Shown one piece after another: positions 1-12,259 of a DNA stretch of 64,000 nt (positions are counted from its first letter, which is position 1; the number at the start of each line of letters is the position of its first letter). Below the pieces are notes generated by a model, which did no database searches, had not been told where the DNA came from, and worked only from the letters and a program-made list of their open reading frames with translations. The stretch lies in NCBI RefSeq assembly GCF_902459465.1, contig NC_047066.1, positions 1,178,001 to 1,242,000 on the forward strand, given 5' to 3'. Source of the stretch: Asterias rubens (lineage: Eukaryota). The translations under genes and the position numbers were made by a program.

Positions 1-2160
1 ATCAATCTCAATCTTGAGTTATTCCGTAGATAAGCTCGAAAGTTTTTTTTTTATAAAAAAAACACGAAGGCGAACTTTGATCTAGGGTAACGACCCGGAA
101 GTTAACGTCGTACGATTTTTTTTTGCGTTAATTTTTCAAATGTTGTCCAAGTCTTTATCTATTCGATGCCTAAGTATGAACATCATAGCTTTTATATTCG
201 TTGAGATACAGCAACAAGCAAATGGTAATTTTTCAACATTAAAAACCTTGTCATGACGTCATTAATGTCGTCATCATTCCAAAACAGTGGCGGTTTCATC
301 TACTCACTAATGCCGATGTACACAGTAAGTTTTAAGTTTGTACAAGCTTTACTTTTGTTTAAAATTGCTTGGGAAGGTTCAGAGGTAAAGAAGAACACGA
401 GGAAAATTAAATCTATGAACAGATTGTTGATAGCTTTTTAATTTTCACAAAAAGTAAAAGTGTAAATCTATTACATTTATACCTTTCTTTGCACAGAAAA
501 CAAATGCTAAGGTTAATACTTATAGAGCGATGTATTTTATTAGTAAAGAGCTAACTATGTGCAAAGTTTGAAGGTTTTGTGATCCTTGTGATGTTTAACT
601 CAAGAGTAAACTTCTTAAAAGGTTAACTGGATTTGGGGAAACTTTATACGAAACAACAGTTTACTAATTGTAGACTTGTGAAGTAAATAACTGTAAAAGA
701 CTTATTTTATGAAGTATTACAGAGGTTTCGCAAGTGTACGACACGGGTACAGATACAACTAAGATAACTGGGATGCACATTAGATTTTGTTAGGCATTAA
801 ATAAACCCTTATTTTGAAAAGCAATGATTTGTACACAAAGCTTTACCGTGTAGCGCGCTAAACACTGCCGTGAGTGCCGGATAGAAACACCCTTCACGAG
901 TCGATGTCACGAATCCGCTTCCCGGTGTTTGATCAAAACATAACCAATGTTCGTCTTTTTCTGGTTGCATTTTCTCACATAATTAAAAGTCATACGAATC
1001 GCTGCAGTAGGTGGCCATCTCAGCGAAGCTTCGTCTTTAATTCCGTTTTGATAATTAAGCCATGAGAAGGGCGAACAGGGGAACAATTTGACGCCGAATA
1101 TGATATGAGCGGACTTCAATTGTAAAATGTTGGTACACCATTAAACCATAGAGTAAGGATTAAACTAGCGCTACGTTGTAAGTACAATGACCTGAGACTT
1201 GTCAAAACATGAATCGAAATCACGCGTACAGTCAAACGATGCACTATTCCGAGCAGAACACACAGGCCTCGTGGACTGATAAAGGTGTGATCAATGGAGC
1301 GGAACGGCCAGCCAAAGCGCTTTTGCAGTGTACGCAGTTATCACGCGGGTCAACACATCCGTGGGCTTTATCGTCCGATTTCGACCAGAGTTTCAGGTCA
1401 AATTGGTATCATCTCTGTGGGAAAGTTTGAGCAGGATCACTCATCTATAACGGGATGCAAAATTTATGTTGAAATGTTACGTAGTTTTAGAGATCAAAAA
1501 TTGTAAAATTGTTCAACCTTTGGTTTGAACCGGAAGTCAAGGTCAAATGGGGTCATTTTGTGTGTAGCGTTTTTTGAGGTTTGATCGACCTGTCCGATGA
1601 TATATAGATTGTCAAAATCCACCATGTGGTTCAGGAGTTATGATTTCTTTAAAATATTTAACTTTGATTTGTTGTAATTCAAAACCTGATGACGTCATCA
1701 TGACATCATTAAGTTTGTGTGGTCTTATTATTAAGGTTCAATTGTCTGATGAGTTTCAATGTTAAATTCCATATCAATCTTGAGTTATGACAACAAATTG
1801 TCTTTTTTTATAAAAAACACAAAAAACACAAAGGCAGAGTTTGACCTTCCGGTACGACCGGAAGATGAGGTCATACGATTTTGGCGTTAACTTTTCAAAT
1901 GTTGTCCAAGTCTTTATCTGTGTGATGCCCAAGTATGAACATCATAGCAATAATATTCGTTGAGATACAGCGAAAAGCAAATGTCGTTTTTTAACTTTAA
2001 AAACCTTGCCATGACGTCATCAATGACGTCATCATTCCCAAAAAGTGGCGGTTTCGTCTACTCACTATTGCCGATGTACATAGTAAGTTTTAAGTTTGTA
2101 CAAGCTTTACTTTTGTTTAAAATTGCTGGAGAAGGTTCGCAGGGAAAGAAGAACGCGAGG
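1..2160. repeat. Complex repeat with diverged direct duplication (1-430 versus ~1775-2160)
   Basis: atcaatcttgagtt...ttttcaaatgttgtccaagtctttatct...cttttgtttaaaattgct occurs twice; TGACGTCA at 254, 1690, 2012 and 2024. Confidence 0.75.
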
Positions 2161-2821
2161 AAAAAAAAAAAACAGAACAATAACAATAGTTGTTCGGCTG
2201 TTGGCCGAACACCTAAAAATATAAACTTAAAAAAACTTGTTGTGTGTGCTTTCAGATGCCTAATAAAAAAGGCTTCAGGCATGAAGTCTTTAAAGCTAAA
2301 GCACATTCTTCGGTCTTTGGAACCGTTCGATTGTTAAATCCTATTCAAATGTAGATATTATCTACACCAAATCCAACCCGTGAAAATTTCATTTCAAAAC
2401 GTGCGGTTCGGTGTTTTTTTTATAGATAATAATATAGCCAAATGTAATGGGGCAGTTATGTCAACGCAGGACATTTGTTCATAAATGGAATAGACAATCG
2501 ATAATTTTTTTATCGCAGATTGAATTTTTTTCTTCAAAATATTAAAAAACATTATCAACAGCTGCAGGGCTTTTTATACCAAGTCAGTTTTTAGGGCCGG
2601 TAACTTTTGGAGTAATAACCAAAGTTAACGTAAACCAATTTTGCAGCTGAGATAATAGTAATATAACTTTAAATCATCGTTTTCAAACACAGATGACTTT
2701 CTTTTCCCACATTGTTCTTTACAAGTGTTTTACATTCTTGTCAGCCAATGCCCACATTTTTTGCTCTTCTTCTCAGGTACCAATCACTAAAAGGAAAGTT
2801 TCATCTGATATTTCACGAAGG

Positions 2822-3932
2822 ATGGCTAGCTCAATGATATTTTTCACTGCATGGGCGACAGTCATTGTGATAGTTACTTCATGTTATTATACAAGTACCA
2901 CATGCCCACCAATATCTCGTGGGCAACTCCTACGTTCCGGAGTCACTCATCAATTCTACCCTGGTCCAATGCGAGATCATGTGCTTAAAGGAGCAACCTT
3001 TCGCAACATTTCATGTCGTACATATGTATTGTGTGCCACATTCTGTCTGCTTGAAGATGCATGTAAGTCCTTTAACTTTTGCATGGACGACGAGCTCTGT
3101 CAGCTTAACTCAGCTGTGTATTCTGAAAACGAGACCTCACTGCAGAAATCTAGTGGCTGTCTCTACTTTGACGAATCGTTTCATGAACAACAAAACGAAT
3201 ACAAGGTAAGAGCTCACTTTTAACGCAATTAAAACACATGATTTATGTCAATGCTTTTATATAAATAATAAGGTTTGGTTGAGTTATTCCGACATGGATG
3301 AGTTTGTTTCAGTTTAAGGTCAACCCACACATGTTAATATTTTGAGTAATTCCAAACTTGTCCAGTGCTTTTTAACATGGGAACCGTTTGCCACAAGCAT
3401 TTTTAATGAGGGCAAATGTCTTTTTAATAACACATTTTGCGTTCTTTTTGTAAAACGTAAAAGTCAGTCCGAAGGTTCTGTTGTTGAAACTATTTTCCTG
3501 TATAAGATAACAAAAAGTAATAAATTGCGACCTAGCTGTCACTGATAACAACTACTTTTTAAAAGCTTTTTATGCAAAATTTTCCCAATCATATAATCTA
3601 TAGTCCCGATAACACGTTGATTAACTGTGAAAAAGTTGACGTCTGGGACTAGTAATGGTAGCTCATGAAAGCAGCATTATTCTTTTCCAACTATGATTTT
3701 TAACAAAATACAGATAACAAATCCATGCCATTGACATCTAACGCGCTTTGCCAGACCAACGTTACCACTTCACAGAACGGTGGCTATGATGATAACGTCT
3801 TTCGTGTCCTGCAAGATGCAAGCGAGCCAATACGTCTAGAGTTCACAGCAGACTGGAACAATGCACACTCATTAGTTTACGTATTTTTTCTTCAATTAAG
3901 TGGTCAACAGCAATATCATGTAAACGTGGAAT
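2822..3932 (+). CDS. Secreted PAN/apple-domain protein, copy 1 (exons 2822-3205 and 3714-3932; downstream exons unresolved, near the gap)
   Basis: A polypyrimidine-CAG acceptor at 2776 precedes ATG 2822. It is followed by a hydrophobic signal-like segment (MASSMIFFTAWATVIVIVTSC) and a PAN-type Cys pattern (CRTYVLCATFCLLEDACKSFNFCMDDELCQLN...GCLYF). Donor AAG|GTAAG at 3205/3206; exon 2 has CAG acceptor 3713 and T|GTAAGT donor 3932. Caveat: exon 1 ends in phase 0 but exon 2 is open only in phase 1, so this copy may be disrupted. Confidence 0.65.
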
Positions 3933-4242
3933 GTAAGTTTTTCCTTCTTCTTCTAAACTGAACGATGTTATTTAACATATGAATGACCTGAAAAAGTATT
4001 TCTTTATTTGGTTATTTTTCTTTTAGGCAAGGAATTTGCAGAATACTTTAGCTTCATTTATGACATTATACCAAAGCCACATCGAAAAACAAAACCATAC
4101 GAAACGAAGTCTATTTGCTTTCTCTGTGCACGTTCAATTTTTTTTTTGCTGTGCCCAAATCAATCCCCTCCCCCGATCATATTATGCGTATGTCTTCCAC
4201 CATGAAAAAGTTATACGTCTTATTTCATTATTGACAATTAAC

Positions 4243-4615
4243 AAGGGAAGGTACACGTTTGGTAACTACTCATCCACAAATATTAACTTAAAACCTGACT
4301 TGGTAACGAGCATTGGAGAGCTGTTGATAGTATAAAACATTGTGAGAAATGGCTCCCTGTGAAGTAGCATATATTTTGAGAAAGAGGTAATTTCTCACTA
4401 AAATAATAAAAGACTTCCAGCCATAAGTCTTTTATTCCTATCTGAAAGCACACAAATTCGTCCAACAAGGGTGTTTTTCTCTCATCACTTTCTCGCAACT
4501 TCGATGACCAATTTAGCTCAAATTTTCACAGGCTTGTTATTTTATGCTTATGTTGGGATACACCAAGTGAGAAGACTGGTCTTTGACAATTACCAACAGT
4601 GTACCTTCTCTTTAA
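4243..4615. mobile_element. TTAA MITE subfamily B (GGGAAGGTACAC termini)
   Basis: aagggaaggtacacgtttggtaa...ttaccaacagtgtaccttctctttaa; interior related to family A. Confidence 0.78.
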
Positions 4616-4810
4616 ATCTATTTGACCAACCTGATTCCCAGATGAACGTCAAAGGCAAACCTGTTGTCGTAACACTCGGTGCTGGGGATTTGACCCTAAC
4701 ATCAGAGGGTCTTTTCACGTCCTCATCATTACCAGCTGTTTACAGCACTTGGGATGTCTATGTTGTTAGCATTGGTCGAGTTAATTGGATTGTTAACGAT
4801 CCGTGCATAC

Positions 4811-5153
4811 NNNNNNNNNNNNNNNNNNNNNNNNNNNNNNNNNNNNNNNNNNNNNNNNNNNNNNNNNNNNNNNNNNNNNNNNNNNNNNNNNNNNNNNNNN
4901 NNNNNNNNNNNNNNNNNNNNNNNNNNNNNNNNNNNNNNNNNNNNNNNNNNNNNNNNNNNNNNNNNNNNNNNNNNNNNNNNNNNNNNNNNNNNNNNNNNNN
5001 NNNNNNNNNNNNNNNNNNNNNNNNNNNNNNNNNNNNNNNNNNNNNNNNNNNNNNNNNNNNNNNNNNNNNNNNNNNNNNNNNNNNNNNNNNNNNNNNNNNN
5101 NNNNNNNNNNNNNNNNNNNNNNNNNNNNNNNNNNNNNNNNNNNNNNNNNNNNN
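4811..5153. other. Assembly gap (343 N)
   Basis: N run seen directly between the two PAN gene copies. Confidence 1.
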
Positions 5154-6358
5154 TTATTCAGCACTTGAAGAGTTTTAAATTTCCCCATCTAGATTTAATT
5201 TAAATATCGGAAAGAAAAAAAAAAAAATAAATAAAAATACAGCCGAGCAAGTTTTAATAATCAAATTAATATATTTTGAGTATTTCTCCATTTGGTTGTG
5301 TGCCGGCCTGCAAACGTCCAGGCCGCATTGGTCTTTTATCACCAGTTAATTAGTTTATTAAGTTATCAATTTAATTCAACGACGTGTTAATTACCTGACC
5401 GCACTGCTCCTCTAAAATTCAATAACTAGCCAATTAAGGTTGTCAGTTGTCACACCCGAAACTATTGTCACGGTTTAAGACTCAAAACTGTTGCCATGGT
5501 TTCAGGTGCAAACACAGTGTCCTATATAAAGAGCGTTTTAGCCTGGGCTGTTTTATTTCTACACGCAGTTCTCACTCTGAGGATCAAGTCTCAATTATAC
5601 ATGATCTGTGGATGCGATGTCGGCCTATGGGGTCTTCTGGAATATTTGTCTAAAAATACAAACTAAATAAAAACTTAATTAAAATCTTGTTGCATTGAAC
5701 TCAAGAGATTCCTTGGTCTACCAACTGGAACATCGACAGAGAGGTAAGACATGCTAAAACGTAGCCCTACTATATTTAAAAGCATTCATTTGTTATGTGT
5801 TTGATTTGTTAACCGTTAATAAATGTAGACGTATACAATAAAACTGACATGTAACAGTTTCATTTCAAAAGGTGGTAGCATTTTTTAGAAGTTGTCGATA
5901 ATCTGGAGCTCTATGTCCCACCCAGGAAAGATAGTCCGTAATTGGAATGCACAAACTGAGTAACGTTTTTAAACGTTGCGCATGAAACCTTTCTCAAGTT
6001 GAACTGTTGTTGAATAACTTCTCTACAACCATAATAGGGCAATCGTTTCTCAATAAGTTATACATTATCAACACAGGTGCAGTGCTTCTTACCAATTAAG
6101 TTTTTATTGTCAATCATTGTTGGAGTAATAGCCATATTATTCCAATTCGCATAGGAATTATTTTGACCTGGAAAAAACGAGGTTTTGCCGCTGAGAAAAC
6201 AATCTTTGTAAATCGTCAAAATTAATGAAGATGACGTTATTTTTTCCCACATGCCACGCAACTATGTTATATTCTTGTCAGCCAATGCCCACTTTTTTTG
6301 CTCTTCTTCTCAGGTACCAATCACTAAAAGGAAAGTTTCATCTGATATTTCACGAAGG

Positions 6359-8070
6359 ATGACTAGCTCAATGATATTTTTCACTGCATGGGCGACAGTC
6401 ATTGTGATAGTTACTTCATGTTATTATACAAGTACCACATGCCCACCAATATCTCGTGGGCAACTCCTACGTTCCGGAGTCACTCATCAATTCTACCCGG
6501 GTCCAATGCGAGATCATGTGCTTAAAGAGCAACCTTTCGCAACATTTCATGTCGTACATATGTATTATGTGCCACATTCTGTCTGCTTGAAGATGCATGT
6601 AAGTCCTTTAACTTCTGCATGGACGACGAGCTCTGTCAGCTTAACTCCGCTGTGTATTCTGAAAACGAGACCTCACTGCAGAAATCTAGTGGCTGTCTCT
6701 ACTTTGACGAATCGTTTCATGAACAACAAAACGATGGTAAGAGCTCAATTTAACTCAATTAAAACACCCCGATTAAATTCGTGTGATTTTTTTTTTAAAA
6801 ACAACATTTTTTAATTTTTTTTAATTTAGACAATCATCTTTTATTAGGGCAATGAACAAGTTCACTTTATGTTTTTTTTTACCGGAGGCTTTCCGCCTGG
6901 GCCGGTTACACGGCTACACGTTTACATGGTTAACCAACCGTGTATCTATTGGGCAGGTTAGCCATACACGTTTATGTTTGGGGTTAAGTTATAACAATGA
7001 AAGTCAGTCCGAATGTTTTGTGGTAGAAGCTACTTTCTTGTAGTAATAAGTCTGGACATTGCGATGTCGCTGCAATGATAACATGTCCTTTTTGGTTTAG
7101 CTTTTTTGGGCAACAAATTTCCGACCATTGAAGTTTATTGCTATTAATTGTCCCAGTTAATCAACATTGTTGTCCTGATTAAGTAAGTTAATTGTGACAA
7201 AATTTACACATCTGAGACTTGTCTTGGTGCAAGACGTTCTTAGCGTTTTTCAGGCTAGCTTGGCCCCGCGGTTGTTTTGACAAGTGCATGCTTTGCGTAC
7301 GCGTTCAGGGCTTCAGACGAAAGGACGGAGCCTGAAGCCGAATCCAAAGCCCGAAGCAGTGGTTTCGAAAAGGACCATAGATTTGGCTCAGTCACGCTTC
7401 ACCAACAGAGGGGGCACTGTACACATTATTGAACTCCTGCTGGAGTGCGTTTTGGCGACCCCAACCGAAGCCCAACCGAATCAACAAGTCGGTTACCGTT
7501 TGCTGTGAACAGCATTGTCATCGCGTTTCAAGCGAACACGCGAAAACGCTCAACCGACGACCAATGTTTCTGGTTCGGTCGCCAACAATTTCTACCTCCA
7601 TGCCAAAACGCACTCCAGACCCGTTTTCGCAAATACTACTTGCGCAAGCGCTAACTGTTGAAAGAGGAGAATCCAAGCCGAAGCCGTGGTTTCGAAAGGC
7701 CGTGAAAAGCGCCCGCTAACGGTGAACTGCTGCAGCGCGCTGTATAATGTAGTGCATTGATGTCCACTACTCGCTCCGAAAAACGCCAAGGCATTTTGCA
7801 CCAAGACTAATCTTGGACTAGTAATAGGAACATTGTTTTCCAACTATGATTTCTAACAAAATACAGCCAAAACGTTCATGCCATCGACATCCTCTACTAA
7901 CGCCATTTGCAAGACCAGCATTACCACAGAGAAATCCGTGGATGCCGTCCCTGTTCTACAAAATGCAAGCGAGCCAATTCATCTAGAGTTCACAGCAGAT
8001 TGGGACTACGCCGAGTTCGTTTACGTGCAATTTACAACAATTCACAGTCAACTCGTCCATACATTGAAAT
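6359..8070 (+). pseudogene. PAN/apple-domain paralog, copy 2, with 1-nt frameshift (exons 6359-6736 and 7867-8070)
   Basis: Exon 1 is nearly identical to copy 1 but reads cttaaaGagcaacc at ~6527 versus cttaaaGGagcaacc at 2984-2998, shifting the frame before the PAN cysteines. Donor G|GTAAG at 6736/6737 and acceptor CAG at 7866. Exon 2 (MPSTSSTNAICKTSITT...LQNASEPIHLEFTADW) aligns with copy-1 exon 2. A sequencing error cannot be excluded. Confidence 0.6.
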
Positions 8071-8312
8071 GTAAATTTTTCCTCTTCTTCGATCTTTATA
8101 TTTGTATATCTTTAAATTGTAGTTTTTCTTCCTGTTGTTTATTGTTGCTATCTATATGCCTCTCTGCTGCCACCAAGCGTCCCAAAAGTCTCCCAATAGA
8201 TCTATTGTTTAGGTTCATGTTTTTGACTTCTTGCGAATACTCGTATACGGTGCTCCTCTCTTTGGTCAAAACGTGCCGAGTTAGCTTTCTAGCAAGATTC
8301 TGTTTTTTCTTC

Positions 8313-8682
8313 TTAAAGGAACACGTTGCCTTGGATCGGTCGAGTTGGTCTATAAAAAGGGTTTGTAACCGTTTGTTATAAAATGCATATGGTTGGAAAG
8401 ATGTTTTAAAAGTAGAATACAATGATGCACACACATTTGCCTCGAAATTGCGTGGTTTTCCTTTTATTTTGCGATTAACACGGTCGGGTCGGCCATCCAT
8501 AAATGGCCCGACCGTGTTAGTCGACGAGGTAAAAGAAAACCGTGCAATTTCGAGGCATGTTTGTGTGGATCATTGTATTCTACTTTTACAACATCTTTCT
8601 ACCCATATGCATTTTATAGCAAACGATTACAGACGCTTTTTAAAGACCAACTCGACCGATCCAAGCCAACGTATTCCTTTAA
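8313..8682. mobile_element. Palindromic TTAA MITE family D copy
   Basis: ttaaaggaacacgttgccttggatcgg...ccgatccaagccaacgtattcctttaa. Confidence 0.82.
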
Positions 8683-8754
8683 AACCAATGCTTTCTATCT
8701 GTTTGTTTCCTTTTTTCAGCACCACTTTGTACTTTCCTTCTACAAACTTGGTAG

Positions 8755-8892
8755 GAGAACAACAAAGTGTCTTGGATGCGGGGGAATTACAAGAGTGTCA
8801 ATTAGTTTATAATTCTACACTTGAATTTCGAGCAATAGTTATAGTTCAGTCCCCATCAAGTCATCAAACATGCTTTAAAGTAATCCTTGGTG
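8755..8892 (+). CDS. Possible further exon of the copy-2 PAN gene (EQQSVLDAGELQECQLVYNSTLEFRAIVIVQSPSSHQTCFKVILGG)
   Basis: Open, non-repeat stretch bounded by TAG| at 8754 and G|GTACGT at ~8892. The ending KVILGG loosely recalls the FaMeT-type (Methyltransf_FA) E-I-V-I-G-G motif. Direct joining to exon 2 would give T+GA (stop), so the model is incomplete. Confidence 0.25.
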
Positions 8893-9173
8893 GTACGTTT
8901 GGTTAGAACAAATTGAATTGGGACATGGACTGCTAACATTCATGTTTGGTTTATTTTAAATGGGGCCACGGTAAAAACTGGATACTATTGGTAATATTTT
9001 GTCAATGCCTGCATATTGCACAGTATACTAACAGAATTATTGTTCTAAAGTCAGCATTCTTGATAACTGGGTGTTCTTTTTGCAGTCCGCTGTAATTTTC
9101 AGCCTTTAAGTAAATCTTCATTGATGAATCACTCTCAAATTAAGGACTAATTTTCAGAAATGTGACAAAATAC

Positions 9174-9758
9174 TTAAAGTCACCTGGAAGTGGTATTTTT
9201 TCAAAATAAAGCTTTTGTCAGTAATATATGTGTTTTGATGAGTGGAATGTGAATAAACAGTTAACTAAGGTTTAAAAAAAATCAGTTCTTATGTTATTTA
9301 CAAATTTAAGAGTAGACCCGACCCGAGAGGGCGCTGTTCGTGACGTCAATCGAGGCAGACTTTGCCTGTAATGCGTAGAGTAAACACAATTGCAAAGTAC
9401 ATGTACGGACCAAGTCGTGAGTTTGTACGTTTCAAAAAAAGATTTTTTTGCTTTTTTCCGGCAATGCCGACCAGGTGTATTGCTGCTGAATGCAGAAAAA
9501 CACTTTTTGAAACGTACCAACTCACGACTTGGACGTACATGTACTTTGCACGTGTGTTTACTATACGCATTGCAGGCAAAGTCTGCCTCGATTGACGTCA
9601 CAAAAGGGGTAGGCGGAGTCAGCCCCCAAAACAACTTTATATATTTTTTAAACATATAAATCGTGACATACAATTACTAAAAAAATGGTTTTATTGTTCG
9701 TAAGCATATATACTCTTATGTTTGAAAGAAAAGAAATTCTATTTCCAGGTGACTTTAA
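9174..9758. mobile_element. TTAA MITE family with long internal inverted repeat
   Basis: TTAA-AGTCACCTGGAA...TTCCAGGTGACT-TTAA. The interior arms ~9341-9450 and ~9490-9600 are reverse complements (gacgtcaatcgaggcagactttgcct...aggcaaagtctgcctcgattgacgtc). Confidence 0.8.
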
Positions 9759-11159
9759 ATAACGGCTCTGTTTTGAAGAGTATGCTATTATGTAACCTCG
9801 AGTAACTGAGGTGTATTAAGTAAATTCATAATAGGATCACAATGCATCATTTGGATAACTACGGCAATAAATACATACAGCTTATAAATAAAAATCCTTT
9901 CTGCATTTGTTATTTTTATATTTGTAGGGAGAACAAATATTTTCAATAAATAAAACAAATTCTGGAGAAGTGGCAAGGTATTGGTAAAAAACAAAAACAA
10001 AAACACCTATTACATTTCTGTAAGCACCTTAGATGTTACATAATCGAGGGTGGGCTGCCCCCCCCCCCCCCCCCCCCCATCCTGGATCCGCGTCTGTTGT
10101 ATTTATTCACTGACAATCAATGGTATTCCGTTTCAGCATACATAAACTATATATCCCCTTGAGTAGGATTTAAAACTTTGAATAGTGGAAATTTACTATA
10201 ACATATAATAGTAGGTTTGCAGTACCACCATGTAATTATAATCTTATATTTAGCACCACACACCTCACCTGTGCAAATGAACAACAGGTTAATTAGTAAT
10301 ATCAAGTTATCAATTAACTTTAACGACGTGTTAATTACCCGACCACACTTCTCTTCTAAAAGTCAATTATGGTTTCAGACCATTTATTGTGTATTTTTAT
10401 TTTATTTTTATTTATTTTTTTTGTGGGGGAAGGCTACCAATAAACCTAATATCATACAAGTGAGATTCTTTAATTGTGTTAACCTATCCCTTTGTCTTCA
10501 AAGCCATATTGTTGGCGATTTAACTATTTCCTTTATCGTCATAATTACATAATTTCAAAAGAAAACCCCACAGCCCAGCAAGTTGTAATACAAAAATTGT
10601 GTTTGTTATATACTGCTCCTTTATGCTGTGTGCAAGACTGTTGAAGTCAAGGCCGCGCGGGTCTTTCAACACGGGTTAATCAGTTTATGAAGTTATTTAC
10701 TTCAACGACGTGTTAATTACCCGACCACACTTGACCGCTAAAAATCAATAACCGGCCAATTAGGGTTGTTACGACCGAAGCTATATTCTTATGGTTTCAG
10801 ACCAGTTTTTGTTTTTTGTACCGAGTATAATCTAATATTAACCAATTAGTTTTTATAGATTGAAAATGTGTATTATAATTTGTTTCAGTTGTTAACCCCA
10901 TCACTTGTCTCTCAAAGCCTATTGTTGCTACTTCACTATTTTGTCAATATTTTTTATGTGGGTGCCTGCCTGAAAGCCATTGAACCTGTAACCTTGAAGC
11001 CAGGGACCACACCCTTGTTTACGTCAAAACAGGGGGATTGGTACCGAGAGGAACCTGATGTCATACGAATGAGTTTTTATATTTGGTTAACCCATCCCTT
11101 GGTCTTCGAAGCCCTATTGTTGGTTGTCTTCGTCAATAGGGACTTTTCGTTTTCGACAA

Positions 11160-11320
11160 CGGATGGTTCTGCGACGGTAAATATGACATTTGGCGTCATC
11201 TGCGCATGCGTCGGCTTTGAGGACGGTCGTCCCTCAATTTCTTTGACAGTACTTGGGATGCATCTTCGTTGTGCTGAAAACGACAACGTTTAGCTGAACA
11301 ACCGTCGCAGAACATGTATC
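11160..11320. mobile_element. Small TIR element
   Basis: ggatggttctgcgacgg ... ccgtcgcagaacatgtatcc inverted ends. Confidence 0.5.
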
Positions 11321-11364
11321 CAGTAAGCCAGGGACCACACCCCTGTTCAGTCACAACCGGTAAT

Positions 11365-11725
11365 TGGTAACTGTCAAAGACTACTCTTCACAGTTGGTGT
11401 TGGTGTATCTCATAAAATAACAAACCTGTGAAAATTTAAGCTCAATAATTGGTCGTCGAAGTTGCGAGATAACAATGAAAGAAAAAACACCATTGTAACA
11501 CGAAGTTGTGTGCTTTCAGATGTTTGATTTCGAGACCCCGAATTCTAAATCTGAGGTCTCGAAATCAAATTCGTGAAAATTTACTCCTTTCTCGAAAACT
11601 ACGTCACTTCAGAGGGAGCCGTTTCTCACAATATTTGATACTCTTAACCTCTCCCCGTTACTCGTCACCAAGTAAGGTTTTATAAATATTTTAAGTAATT
11701 TAATAGTGTCCACAACCTTTAAATT
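11365..11725. mobile_element. TTAA MITE family A copy (degenerate)
   Basis: Family A interior (aaataacaaacctgtgaaaattt...gagggagccgtttctcacaat) ending aatagtgtccacaacctttaa. Confidence 0.75.
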
Positions 11726-12133
11726 CAGACAGTAGCTTGGCTTAATGAGAAGAAAATTAGATGTAAAGATTGTTTGGAGATGCACACAATAAATATACTT
11801 TAGATGGCGTGGCATGATTTTTTATTTTTTTTATTTTTTAAATTTAAGCATTGGTGTTTTACCCATATTTAACCTATAATATTGACAGTCAGCACAAAAT
11901 AAAAATACTAAACAAGTTCGACTGACTTTCTAAACAAATACAACAAAGTTATATGTAAGGTATGTTAAGATTACATAAAGGTAAACGAAAGACAATAAAA
12001 GCTATAAGTAGAAACAGTCAGTAACTATGAATATGCATCGAGTTATTTCTTTGTCAAATAGGATTGAATTGAGTTACTCATTCCATTCCAAAACCTACGA
12101 AACGTTGAATTTACATTTCAGCAAAGGGGAAAT

Positions 12134-12259
12134 TTTGGGACACTAGGTGGCAGACTTACCAGGTACAAACCATTGTTCTTTGTAAAATGTGCACATTCTC
12201 AGAACTACAAACAATGGAAATTTAGCTGGTATAGGTCTGCTGCCACCTAGCGTTCCAAA
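12134..12259. mobile_element. Small MITE with GGACACTAGGTGGCAG termini; second copy at ~62787-62876
   Basis: tttgggacactaggtggcagac ... gtctgctgccacctagcgttccaaa. Confidence 0.68.

Noticed and set aside
253-2337. Paralogous ORFs 253-441 and 1960-2337
   Set aside because: Both sit in the duplicated non-coding repeat, and the second runs through poly-A and a MITE fragment.
4471-5203. Four ORFs of 121-235 aa crossing the N run
   Set aside because: Their length comes from undetermined bases, and the start of ORF 4471 lies in a MITE. Only 4642-4810 might be exonic, and its phase does not fit exon 2.
2822-8070. PAN pair as a pure haplotype duplication artefact
   Set aside because: Introns and exon 2 are far too diverged and carry different MITE insertions, so the copies are true paralogs. 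Only the near-identity of exon 1 remains open to an assembly explanation.
9272-9673. Mirror-image ORFs on both strands
   Set aside because: An artefact of the long inverted repeat inside the 9174-9758 MITE.
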